A stretch of DNA of 14,887 nucleotides from Tubiluchus corallicola (taxonomy: Eukaryota > Animalia > Priapulida): positions 1 to 14,887 of the forward strand of contig JAQGDQ010002104.1 in assembly GCA_030141605.1 (NCBI GenBank), in the 5' to 3' direction. A program made the position numbers and the translations under genes. This document shows, piece by piece, positions 1 to 9,351 of this stretch. Within the stretch, counting starts at the first letter, position 1, and every line of letters starts with the position of its first letter. The notes beneath the pieces are model-generated. The model was not told where the DNA came from and searched no databases. It was given only the letters and a program-made list of their open reading frames with translations.

Positions 1-657
1 TGTCATCGTCCATCCTTCACGTGTAGCCCATTTCGTAAGCCATGTCATCTTCCGTCCTCCGTGTGGCACACGTTGTAAGTCATATGTCATCGTCCATCCT
101 TCACGTGTAGCCCATTTCGTAAGCCATGTCATCTTCCGTCCTCCGTGTGGCACACGTTGTAAGTCATATGTCATCGTCCATCCTTCACGTGTAGCCCATT
201 TCGTAAGCCATGTCATCTTCCGTCCTCCGTGTGGCACACGTTGTAAGCCATATGTCATCGTCCATCCTTCACGTGTAGCCCATTTCGTAAGCCATGTCAT
301 CTTCCATCCTCCGTGTGGCACACGTTGTAAGCCATATGTCATCGTCCATCCTTCACGTGTAGCCCATTTCGTAAGCCATGTCATCTTCCATCCTCCGTGT
401 GGCACACGTTGTAAGCCATATGTCATCGTCCATCCTTCACGTGTAGCCCATTTCGTAAGCCATGTCATCTTCCATCCTCCGTGTGGCACACGTTGTAAGC
501 CATATGTCATCGTCCATCCTTCATGTGTAGCCCATTTCGTAAGCCATGTCATCTTCCATCCTCCATGTGGCACACGTTGTAAGCCATGTCATCTTCTGTC
601 CTCCGTGTTGCACACGTCATAAGCCATATGCCGTCTTCTGTCCTCCGTGTGGCACAT
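1..657. repeat. Tandem satellite, 84-bp unit made of two related 42-bp subunits (about 7.8 units visible, truncated by the window start)
   Basis: TGTCATCGTCC recurs at 1, 85, 169, 253, 337, 421 and 505. The second subunit TGTCATCTTCC starts at 43 and every 84 bp after that. The array decays into diverged monomers at about 590-657. Confidence 0.95.
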
Positions 658-729
658 CTCATTTTCCGTCACAAGTTTTGAGGTGACATAATGAGTTTTG
701 AACTATTGAATTTGCTCGACGAAATAGTA

Positions 730-837
730 AGAAAATGGTCTAAAATGCAGCAAAATGCATTGGTAACCGGGGTTCCCCAGACCCCCTAGCTGCTTTTTCT
801 TTGGCCCATCCTTTTTCAAAGCTTGTATCCGTCGCTG
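730..837. mobile_element. Probable right end of a non-autonomous DNA transposon (other end outside the window)
   Basis: The reverse complement of 805-837 reads CAGCGACGGATACAAGCTTTGAAAAAGGATGGG, resembling common CAGTGGCGGATCC-type MITE termini. An internal GGGGTTCCCCAGACCCCC motif is typical of such elements. No partner TIR or TSD is visible. Confidence 0.35.
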
Positions 838-948
838 ATATTATATTCATTTTTGCGAGGCGGTTTTTTCCTCACAGCTTTCGCTTACGGATCATGTCCT
901 ACTTTGTGTGACTCAGGCGTTAGGTTATGGTTTCCGTTCTTATTACAG

Positions 949-1083
949 TGTGGAATGGGTGCTGAATCACATGATGAACGCGCATGTCAAAAGTCGTTAT
1001 TCATGTCATCAGATCTACGGTTACGACGTCATGTTGGACGAGAATCTTAAACCTTGGATATTAGAAGCTAATGCAGAGCCAGG
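949..1083 (+). CDS. TTLL4: TTLL4-like tubulin glutamylase, internal exon (catalytic ATP-grasp motifs)
   Basis: TTACAG acceptor at 943-948 and GTGAG donor at 1084. Translation [44 protein letters not shown](G) matches TTLL4 [29 protein letters not shown]. 135 nt, phase 2/2. Confidence 0.9.
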
Positions 1084-1283
1084 GTGAGAATCAGAGGCTC
1101 AAACCTTCCCTTCTATAAGTTCATTGCCCGCCAAGGTAGAATGACAATTTCAAGCTTGGTTGATAGAAGTTAACTGCACATCCAGTTCCAGTTAAGGATG
1201 AGAATTTAAAGCTTGGCAATCTATATATTCATTTCGCTAATATATTAATACATTAATATATTTTATAGTATATATTAATTACG

Positions 1284-1313
<30 letters not shown>
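1284..1313. repeat. Compound (TA)n(GT)n microsatellite
   Basis: Read directly from the sequence. Confidence 0.9.
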
Positions 1314-1314
<1 letters not shown>

Positions 1315-1322
1315 ATGGGTGG

Positions 1323-1594
1323 ATAATAATAATAATAATAATAATCTTTATTTAAAGTCGGCTTTTGGTCAACAATTAACATTAGCTCAAAGAGCTATTA
1401 TCGCCGACTGTAAATAACAACCTACAACTACATAACAGAGACTATTATTACCCCACTTTTGCCCTAAATACCACGCGTCAGGCAGGGCAACAGCAGGTAC
1501 CATTTTTAAAGTCTTTGGTATGACCCGGCCGCTGGTTCGAACTCACGACCTCTCAGACGGAAAGCAGACGCGTTACCACTAGACTAAACGCTGG
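1323..1594 (-). mobile_element. tRNA-derived SINE with V-SINE-like core and LINE-like 3' tail
   Basis: The minus strand has a Pol III A box (TAGTCTAGTGG) and B box (GAGTTCGAACC). These are followed by GGTCATACCAAAGACTTTAAAAATGGTACC (V-domain-like, from recall), a GTCGGC...GCCGAC stem, AATAAA and an (ATT)n tail at 1323-1345. Confidence 0.8.
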
Positions 1595-2912
1595 ATATAT
1601 AACCGACGAGGCTACAGCTCCGGCGACGGCACTATTTTGCGACGATCTATACGTCAAATGAAAAGTCTCCAACCATAGGTACGCACCTGGGGGCTTATTT
1701 TTCGAATCGGGTTCACCGTGAGGAACGGGGGGCGAAAAACCTCCAAAAACCTCCATTTTTCGGCCATTTTTTGCAAATACCTCTTATTTCTGGAGAACAG
1801 GCATGTGCCTGGCATGGTGCCGGTAATGATTAAATAGTCAGTAATTAATTACACCACCAGGTAAGAATGTAAATTTCCACCTTGACAACTACAAGGTAAA
1901 TGTCCAGGTAAGAATCATATATATATATATATGATTTGCATATATGTATACTAAAAGTTCACATTTTAACACAATTAATGCTGTAAAAGCATTTCTCATA
2001 ATTGAATAATAAATTAAAATCTTAACTAATGGGAGGCGAGCCCAACCGTAGGTTACATCACAAACTAACATACTTTTCAGTAGCAAAAATATTTAAATTT
2101 TTAGTCGGCACGCAGTAAGCCAGACTACTGCATTCAAAAGCAGGGCCTGTTTAACATGAAGTTTTTAATGAGACTGGAGCCTGGCTAGTTATCAAGGATA
2201 TCCCACTATGGTGAGCCACTGAACAGGCAGAGGTGTTTCAGCCACAATCAGAAGTGTATACAACCTCCCTCTATGAGGTACATGACAAAAGGTTATTGTA
2301 ATTGTAATAATCTGTAAGTTTATTAGTAACAGCAAAAATATTCCACAACTTGCGAAATATTCCAATAATGCACGCGCTTGCAAAAGCGAAAAATGAAGTA
2401 CAGTGCTACTGTAAGATATTCAGTGTGCTGTACTAAAACAAGGCAAGTTTTAAGATAAAAATTCAAATTTCACATTTGCCACTGTGCTCACGCATCAGCT
2501 GTCTAACGTGTGCAGCGCATCACAAACTAACACATCTGAACTGAAAGGTACAGCACCTGTTTTTGTGGAATGCGTTTCCGAAATGCAGACGCTAGTGCCC
2601 ATCTAACTAGTTAATTGCAAAATGCGTATAACAGGGAAGAACTATCGGCGCGGACGTAAAATTGTGTTTGTGTGGTAATAATTCTTTCACATAAGTCATT
2701 TTTGAAGAAATAGTATGTTTCCTTTCAATATTTTAAAGACTAGATTGTTTTGACCTACAGTTTAAAATTGGTCCAGTTTTAATAAAGCATTGTGAAGTTG
2801 CAGACATCGACTTTCACCAATCCAAGCTGTTGATTTTTGGGCCTATTAATCACGAACTCAAGAAATTCGCTTTAATAATTAACACTATCTCTATTTAAAC
2901 CTCCTGTTTTAG

Positions 2913-3041
2913 CTTCTATGACTTTCCTATGGATGATGAAGTCAACGGACCAGTATTACAAGATGCTTTCAACATGGCAGGGTTTCGTATACCACTCACG
3001 TCAACAATAAAAAAGACCAAGACATGTCACCTTCAGCTAAG
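2913..3041 (+). CDS. TTLL4: TTLL4-like, internal exon
   Basis: TTTTAG acceptor and GTAAAA donor at 3042. Translation FYDFPMDDEVNGPVLQDAFNMAGFRIPLTSTIKKTKTCHLQL aligns to TTLL4 LHSSSPLDISIKGQMIRDLLNLAGFVLP. 129 nt, phase 2/2, in frame with the previous exon. Confidence 0.88.
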
Positions 3042-3080
3042 GTAAAAAATTTTAAGATTTTAATAAATGATAAAGGTAAT

Positions 3081-3514
3081 TGTGAAAGTCATGTTTGAGG
3101 TTGTAGATGAATCACTTTGTAGAAAAAGAATAAACAACTAAACTACATATCTGCACAAAACTGAAAAGCGTTTATTAGACTACATACACATATGTAGAAT
3201 GACTGCTACACTGAACACTGAGAACAAGAGTGTCCTGCGCTGATCACTGAGAGTTAGACAGTTGAGTAACATGTGCAGCACGACTACTGCACTGCATTGA
3301 GAGTGAGGCAGTGACTAGAAAGTAAATCCAGTCAGTATATATAGGTATAGGTGATTATGCAAACTTGGCTTCACAAAAACCATTACTGTAAAATAGGGAG
3401 AGATCCAGTGAATATGACCGCACAATTATACTAGGGGTGAGTTTAGCTAGTAAAATGTAAAAGGATTAGTTAATAGATGGCAGCACCTAAAAATATACAG
3501 TTACAATTTCCACA
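3081..3514 (-). mobile_element. Solo LTR, copy 1 (LTR retrotransposon with 5-bp TSD)
   Basis: TGTGAAAG...TTCCACA termini and a perfect 5-bp TSD GTAAT (3076-3080 / 3515-3519). On the minus strand, TATATA (about 3336-3343) precedes AATAAA (3171-3176). Homologous to 6912-7322 and 9352-9800. Confidence 0.85.
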
Positions 3515-3808
3515 GTAATTTTACCGATGTGCAAGAAACAAGTTTTTTGCTGCAGAACTTTACGCAATAAAATTAAAATTTTCCACCCATGCCGATGAAT
3601 TGTCAAATAGGACTGAATTCAGATATGTTTGTATGGAAAAATATGTTTCATTTCTTTACCTAATTTCTGTCTGTTTTGTCTAACTGTCTGTCTGTCTGCC
3701 GAGTGTTCTGGTTGTGGTCTTGGCGTCCATCTAGAATAGTAAGCCATTGAGCATCAATAACGCTCAGAATCAGTTATTAAACAATTATTGTAATTTTCAA
3801 CAATTTAG

Positions 3809-3926
3809 CAACTCGTCACACGTCCGTGTAGAAGGTCCAATGCTGCCAAAGTCACTTCTGGACTCTGAACTCTCAACAGAAGAGAAGGCAAAACGGTTAT
3901 ATTTCACGACAACTGCCACTGAAGAG
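3809..3926 (+). CDS. TTLL4: TTLL4-like, internal exon
   Basis: TTTAG acceptor at 3804-3808 and GTATG donor at 3927. Translation (S)NSSHVRVEGPMLPKSLLDSELSTEEKAKRLYFTTTATEE. 118 nt, phase 2/0, which exactly bridges the phases of the neighbouring exons. Confidence 0.8.
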
Positions 3927-4046
3927 GTATGCCAACTAATCTGGCTGAAATTCTTAGTTAAACGGAAGGCCATTCGTTCTGGGAAGTTAGGCTTATTTCA
4001 CTGTTCCAGAAAAAAATGTTAGAAGTGCTATAAGCGCCTCTTGACT

Positions 4047-4108
4047 CAGGGCCGGCCTTAAGCATAGGCAAACTAGGCAACCGCCTAGGGCCTCACCCTC
4101 CAGGGGAG

Positions 4109-4181
<73 letters not shown>

Positions 4182-4221
4182 TTCTCTCTCTCTCTGTCTC
4201 TCTCTCTTTCTTTCTCTCTCT

Positions 4222-4303
<82 letters not shown>

Positions 4304-4350
4304 CCAAATTCACTTCGCCTAGGGCCTCCAATTACCTAAGGCCGGCCCTG
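4047..4350. mobile_element. hAT-type MITE containing a long (CT)n tract
   Basis: Perfect 14-bp TIR CAGGGCCGGCCTTA / TAAGGCCGGCCCTG. The flanks CTCTTGAC(T) and CTCTTGTC look like a degenerate 8-bp TSD. CGCCTAGGGCCTC is repeated internally. Confidence 0.85.
4110..4301. repeat. (CT)n microsatellite, about 190 bp, with occasional interruptions
   Basis: Read directly. It explains the spurious ER-repeat ORF at 3993-4331 (-). Confidence 0.97.
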
Positions 4351-4950
4351 CTCTTGTCATTACTAAAATCACGTTAAAGTCGTGATCACTTCACTCTATG
4401 CCCTCCCACTTTGAATGTCCATTCTTCCTCCAATGAAGTTGTTCGTCAACTGCAGAACAGCAGTCTACTTGTCAATTAGTTTTAGTATAATAAGTTTTTA
4501 CAAAAAAGAGATTTAATGGACATTTGGTAAGTTAAGGAAGCTGGAATTAGTGTAAGCAAAGTGCGCTTACGGAAAGCCACGATGCACTTACGAAAAGTAA
4601 CGAAGTCCACTAGTGACGTCATAATTTTCAAGTGAATGACATCAACCACAGCGTTTGAACATTTCTGATACGTTTAAGAGATGACAGCGTGTTGGGTTAG
4701 CGAACATTTTGCTGAGTGACTTGTCCTTTCTTATAATATGTTGACCCAGCCTCGCTACAAGTGACTCAGTTCTGTTAATGCAGGACTTACACATAGGGCC
4801 TAGGACATTATAAAATTTTTTATATATTAGTATTACTGATCAGCTTTGCATGAGCCAACCTGAGAAGCAAATAATAGGAAATTGTTATCAAAGCAAAAAA
4901 TGGGCCAAAGTGAAAGACTAGATTTAAAATCAAAAATCGAAATGACAATA

Positions 4951-5015
4951 GAGTAAGTCCTCGTTTAACGACACCCCGTTTAGCAACGTTTCATTTTAAT
5001 GACGCCGAACATTTG
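4951..5015. mobile_element. Left end of a Tc1/mariner (pogo/Tigger-like) MITE, same family as 5349-5619
   Basis: TA followed by GAGTAAGTCCTCGTTTAACGACACCCCGTTTAGCAACGTTTCATTTTAATGACGCCGAAC, closely matching 5349-5408 in the same orientation. Confidence 0.75.
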
Positions 5016-5172
5016 ACACATTTTTTTTCACTTAACGACGCACGTTTTATTTTAATGACATTTTTTACTTTGCTGAAAGCTGAAAGCCAGTTGTTATTAA
5101 TTTATGGTTAATGAAATTTTTGGTTAAACATCTTAAGTGCATCAGTGCATTCCTATTTTGACATTTATTTAG

Positions 5173-5344
5173 GTTCTTTCCAATTGGAATCTGCTTTTTG
5201 ATAGTTGACCAAATTGTTGAGAGTGACGACCATCACAGGATACTTGGTCGTATTGGCATGTATTTGCTTACCTGTGCATTGGGTCTAGGTATTCACGCAT
5301 TTGTACTACTGCCAACTTTGTATTTTATATATTTTATATTTTGT
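5173..5344 (+). pseudogene. Orphan exon fragment of an SLC1/EAAT (excitatory amino acid / dicarboxylate-cation symporter) gene, TM5-TM6 region
   Basis: After a TTTATTTAG acceptor the frame reads (W)FFPIGICFLIVDQIVESDDHHRILGRIGMYLLTCALGLGIHAFVLLPTLYFI, matching EAAT [20 protein letters not shown]...QLAMYTVTVIVGLLIHAVIVLPLLYF. It ends in a 9-bp duplication (TATTTTATA x2) next to a MITE. No other SLC1 exon was seen in the window. Confidence 0.8.
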
Positions 5345-5348
5345 TATA

Positions 5349-5619
5349 CAGTAAGTCCTTGTTTAACGACTCCCCGTTTAGCGACGTTTCATTTAATGAA
5401 GCCGAACTTTGGCTTCTTTTAAGCAAGCAGAAAGAAATTAGTAGAACCCATAAAGAAACTGATAAATATTCAATTTATATCATTTAAGCAGCATCGATTT
5501 CTTTTCGTCTGTAATTTATCTCAATCTCGGTTCTTTCACGTTGCTTTCTACAGAAGTTTTGGTTTCGTTTAATGACGTTTCGCTTAACACATTAGCCATC
5601 GTTAAGTGACGACTTACTG
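5349..5619. mobile_element. Tc1/mariner (pogo/Tigger-like) MITE
   Basis: TA flanks at 5347-5348 and 5620-5621. Imperfect TIRs: CAGTAAGTCCTTGTTTAACGA versus reverse-complement CAGTAAGTCGTCACTTAACGA. Confidence 0.8.
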
Positions 5620-5824
5620 TATTACGAATTGCTCACGCTAACACCACAAACTTATTGAGGTTTACTCTACCTAATGTGAATACGAAGACTTAAGATGAAA
5701 GGTCAGAAGTCGAGGTCACAAAGTCTGGCAAGAATCGGTGGCTGACACTTAGAATCTAATGAAACTGCTTACTATGTCTGGGATATCTGGCATCATGTTG
5801 TGAAACTATGATTGATTTTTCCAG

Positions 5825-6035
5825 GAAATACAAACTCACATCTTAGATGAATTAACACCAGCAGATGTTCGTGAACTTGTAGAGACTGAAGATGAATTTT
5901 CCAGGAGAGGAAGTTTCCAAAGAATCTTTCCTAGTCCTACCTCTCACAAGTACTTGAAGTATTTTGAAGAAAAACGCTACAGTAACTTATTACTAGATGT
6001 TTGGACGCAGAAGTACCACAATGATGCTGAAACAG
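5825..6035 (+). CDS. TTLL4: TTLL4-like, internal exon
   Basis: TTTTTCCAG acceptor and GTAGG donor at 6036. Translation EIQTHILDELTPADVRELVETEDEFSRRGSFQRIFPSPTSHKYLKYFEEKRYSNLLLDVWTQKYHNDAET closely matches TTLL4 LTPDDVRILVEMEDEFSRRGQFERIFPS...YLRFFEQPRYFNIL. 211 nt, phase 0/1. Confidence 0.93.
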
Positions 6036-6272
6036 GTAGGAGAATCAAAGACATGAGCAGTGTATGCTTGCGCTACCTGTACAAAATTGCGAAAGCTTAA
6101 AGGAAAAATCAACGAATTTGTGCATATTCAGAACACTAAAAACTAAGAAACTAGCATAACGAAAGAGACCCAGAAGTGCAAATATTTTATATACTAATTT
6201 ATATATTATATATAAATATATATACCTATTTATATATTTATTAATTTTTCATAAAATTAATGCCACAGAATT

Positions 6273-6358
6273 AACTACTTACAAGTTAGAAATATAAAAC
6301 ACTGTCCGTATGCAACTACTTACAAGTTAGAAATATAAAATACTGTCAGTATGCAACT
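6273..6358. repeat. 41-bp tandem duplication (2 copies)
   Basis: AACTACTTACAAGTTAGAAATATAAAA(C/T)ACTGTC(C/A)GTATGC occurs at 6273 and 6314. Confidence 0.9.
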
Positions 6359-6911
6359 GAACCCCTATGTCAAGTAGGCAGAGCTAGATGACGTCGCGAT
6401 GACTGACAGATAACGGTCACTGTCATGCAAGCAACCAATCAATGTTAAGCTAACTGTTGTTAAGCGTTATATTCTAAAAATAATTATTGACTATTGACTT
6501 GCGAGTCAGCAGAGAAAGCAAGTCAGCAGAAAACAATACTAAGAATAGAATTGATTTTAGATGTAAAATAGACTTTCTAAATATAGTTCAGGAAAATGTA
6601 TATAACCAGTGTCAGAAGGCTGTAGGGGACTCTCAGACGTTAGTTTTTAGACTTGGACGTACTTACGTGTTAGTCGACAGTCAGAGTTATGACTTGTGAC
6701 TTACTGTTGAGAATTGAGTTATGACTTGTGCTTTAATTACGTGAATTTGCTCTCGCGTTAATTGTTTATTTCTTCACGTTTATATGACGGATATTTTTGT
6801 ACTTCAGTAACCTTTGCGATCACGCTTTTATCTAGAAGATAAACATTTCTATTCGTTCACAAAAAGACTAAGACGCTACAAGACTTATAACATTATTATC
6901 AATTCAGTGTG

Positions 6912-7322
6912 TGTGAAAGTCATGTTTGAACTTGTAGATCACTCACTTTGTTATGATTGAGTGTAGGCACAGAAGTATGAACAAGAATAAAAAATCTATA
7001 ATACATATTTCCACTGAACACAACAGAAAAGTGTTTATTAAAACTACAGACACATGAGTAGAATGACTGCTGCACTGAACACTGAGAGTGAGAATGAGAG
7101 TGACTAGAAAGTAAAAACAGTCAGTATATATAGGTATAGGTGACCTATGCAGACTTGCACAGGCTTCACAACAACCATTACTTTTAAAATAGGGAGAGAA
7201 CTAGTGAATATGCATTCACAGGACCATACAATTATACTGGTGGTAAGTCAGCTGGTAGAATGTAACAGGATTAGCCAATAGATGGCAGCACCTAATTAAA
7301 ATGTACAATTCCAACTTCCACA
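6912..7322 (-). mobile_element. Solo LTR, copy 2 (more diverged subfamily)
   Basis: TGTGAAAGTCATG...CTTCCACA, collinear with copies 1 and 3. The flanks GTGTG / TCGTG match only partly as a TSD. Confidence 0.8.
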
Positions 7323-7489
7323 TCGTGAACAAACGATTCTACAATATTATTATTGATACCGTGACGTCCAACATACATTAATTAGTATTGTTTACCTGTC
7401 TGTTAATTATAGACAGCCAGGCGTATGTAACCGATTGAAATGACAAAAGCTTCAACCACGTTTATATATATTTATAAATTATACTTTAG

Positions 7490-7557
7490 GATGGCAGTTA
7501 TTGGAATCTTACTGCAAGAAGAAACACCACGTCTCAGGATGGACCTCCAAGCAGTGA
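7490..7557 (+). CDS. TTLL4: TTLL4-like, terminal coding exon
   Basis: CTTTAG acceptor, phase 1, giving (G)WQLLESYCKKKHHVSGWTSKQ*, which matches TTLL4 GVDLLRSWCYKG. TGA at 7555-7557, with an AATAAA overlapping the stop (7557-7562). Confidence 0.82.
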
Positions 7558-7995
7558 ATAAAACTGATGACGACATTGAATTGAATCAATTGATCCTAAT
7601 GACAGCAGTGATACTTGTATTTTTCGTTGTTTTCATTTTTATATTCTTCAGTGTGCCATGGTATTGATTGCACAATATGGATTAGTATTATGACTTTTGT
7701 GAAAATTGGTTTCTAAATATAAGTACGTGTTTATTTGTGAAGGTGTGTACGTGGGTGTGTGCATGCAAGTGTGCACGCATGTGTGCACACGTGTATAAAC
7801 AAAATTAATATTCAATATTAATGTTTAATAACAGACGACGATTTGTTTATATACAAGATTCTGTTTTAGTAACGCACCACAAGAAGTTATTGTCAAATGT
7901 GGAAAATGCTATACGGTGCAGTTAAAAAGCAACTACGCAGCGAAATGGTTAAAAGAAGGATAAGATGATTACTGAATGGGAAGTTGAGCTATGAG

Positions 7996-9309
7996 CAGGG
8001 CACTTTATTTATGACTTTAGTCATAAATTGCATAAATAGCTTATTTAATACTAATTTCAGATTTTATTTATGACTATTTATGACGTGTCAAATTTTGACC
8101 AAAAATGCCATCCTGAGCTAAAAGAAATACATATTTTTAATCAGAATCTTGTATTTTGCCTTTCTTCGTTCTTCATTACATTAAAATGTAATAAAAATGT
8201 CTACTTTCATCATTCCAAGGCCTGAAGTTTCTCGTATTGTTTTGCATGCAGGCATCCCTCCAGACTGAAATCCGTGATCGTGTTTATAATAATTATAGTA
8301 TCGGTTTTAATTTGTTTAGGATGACCTATAAAATTACTGCTCATAAAAATCAATCTATTAATTAATTCGTACAGTCACAATTCGTAGCCACAATTAGTAC
8401 AAGTAAATAATGTATTTTTTTAAATATCGATTTTAAATTTAATGTTGGAAAATACTATTGGCTATTACATCTTTCTAGGGAACCGTCACGTATGTTTTCT
8501 AATTAAAATTACATTAAGCAAAATAACTAAACAAGAAAAACAGTTAAATTTTAATGACAATGAAGCAACAAATTCTCCCAAAGATAAAATATGCTCAAAT
8601 TCTAGCAGACGGCATTATTCTTATTTCTTGAGGATGAGGCAGTAAGGCACGGGAAACGCTTGCGGCAAACTCGAGCTAAAACCTACACCCAAGCCATTGA
8701 CTTACGCCGCTTAGGGGTAAGCATCGAAGTTCGGTTCGATTCGAATTCGAAAGTCACAAATTCGGTTCGATTCGAATTCGCTTTCTGGTAGAGAATGCTC
8801 ACCCCTAACGCCGCTAGGATGAGAAAGGCACTGAAATGAACGTGCAAAGAAAAGAATTAGAAGTGTAGATTTCTGTTATTGTGCAGAGCGTAGGTTTGAG
8901 GCGGCAGAACTTTAGGACATTAAAATAGGTAAGCTGTCTTTAATTCAAATTTTCGATGGAACGACAACGATTCTGTCGGTGCCTATTTATTTTTTCGCGG
9001 TAACGCGCTCATTTACTTTTTATTATTTAGGTTGCTTCTAGACGAGTTAATGACAGATAAACGCATCAGTTAGACAGTCTCAGTTACTGTGTTAGTCCAC
9101 CAAACAGTCACGCGCAAGCTTCTTATGGACTGCCTGTGTGTGTGGGAGAGAGAGAGAGAGAGACGGTGGAAACAGTTTTCTGTACTGAATTTTTTGTTCC
9201 ATTCATCGGGAAATGATTATTTTTCTTTCGTTATTTATGACAAATTTGAAATTTTATTTATGACTATTTATGACTATTTTGCAAGAAAAGTCATAAATAA
9301 AGTGCCCTG
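7996..9309. mobile_element. Non-autonomous hAT transposon, 1314 bp
   Basis: 23-bp TIR CAGGGCACTTTATTTATGACTTT at both ends and a perfect 8-bp TSD GCTATGAG (7988-7995 / 9310-9317). Subterminal TATTTATGAC repeats are present. No transposase ORF. Confidence 0.92.
8712..8807. mobile_element. 96-bp hAT mini-element nested in the larger hAT
   Basis: TIR TAGGGGT(A/G)AGCAT, perfect 8-bp TSD ACGCCGCT (8704-8711 / 8808-8815), and two internal copies of TTCGGTTCGATTCGAATTCG. Confidence 0.88.
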
Positions 9310-9351
9310 GCTATGAGAAAGTTTTTTATATCATTATTCTAAATACGGCGC

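Noticed and set aside
823-1050. 75-aa + ORF, and similarly 7440-7667
   Set aside because: Both overlap real TTLL4-like exons but in the wrong frame.
1520-1594. Possible tRNA gene on the minus strand
   Set aside because: A and B boxes are present, but there is no convincing acceptor stem and the sequence continues into a SINE body and tail.
1601-2190. Possible further TIR element (AACCGACGAGGCTACAG ... CTGGAGCCTGGCTAGTT)
   Set aside because: The terminal match is too weak and there is no convincing TSD.
3993-4331. 112-aa ER-repeat ORF
   Set aside because: It is the translation of the (CT)n microsatellite inside a hAT MITE.
6098-6140. TTAA-AGG Kolobok-like start (similar hints near 2870 and 10441)
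   Set aside because: No matching opposite terminus was found.
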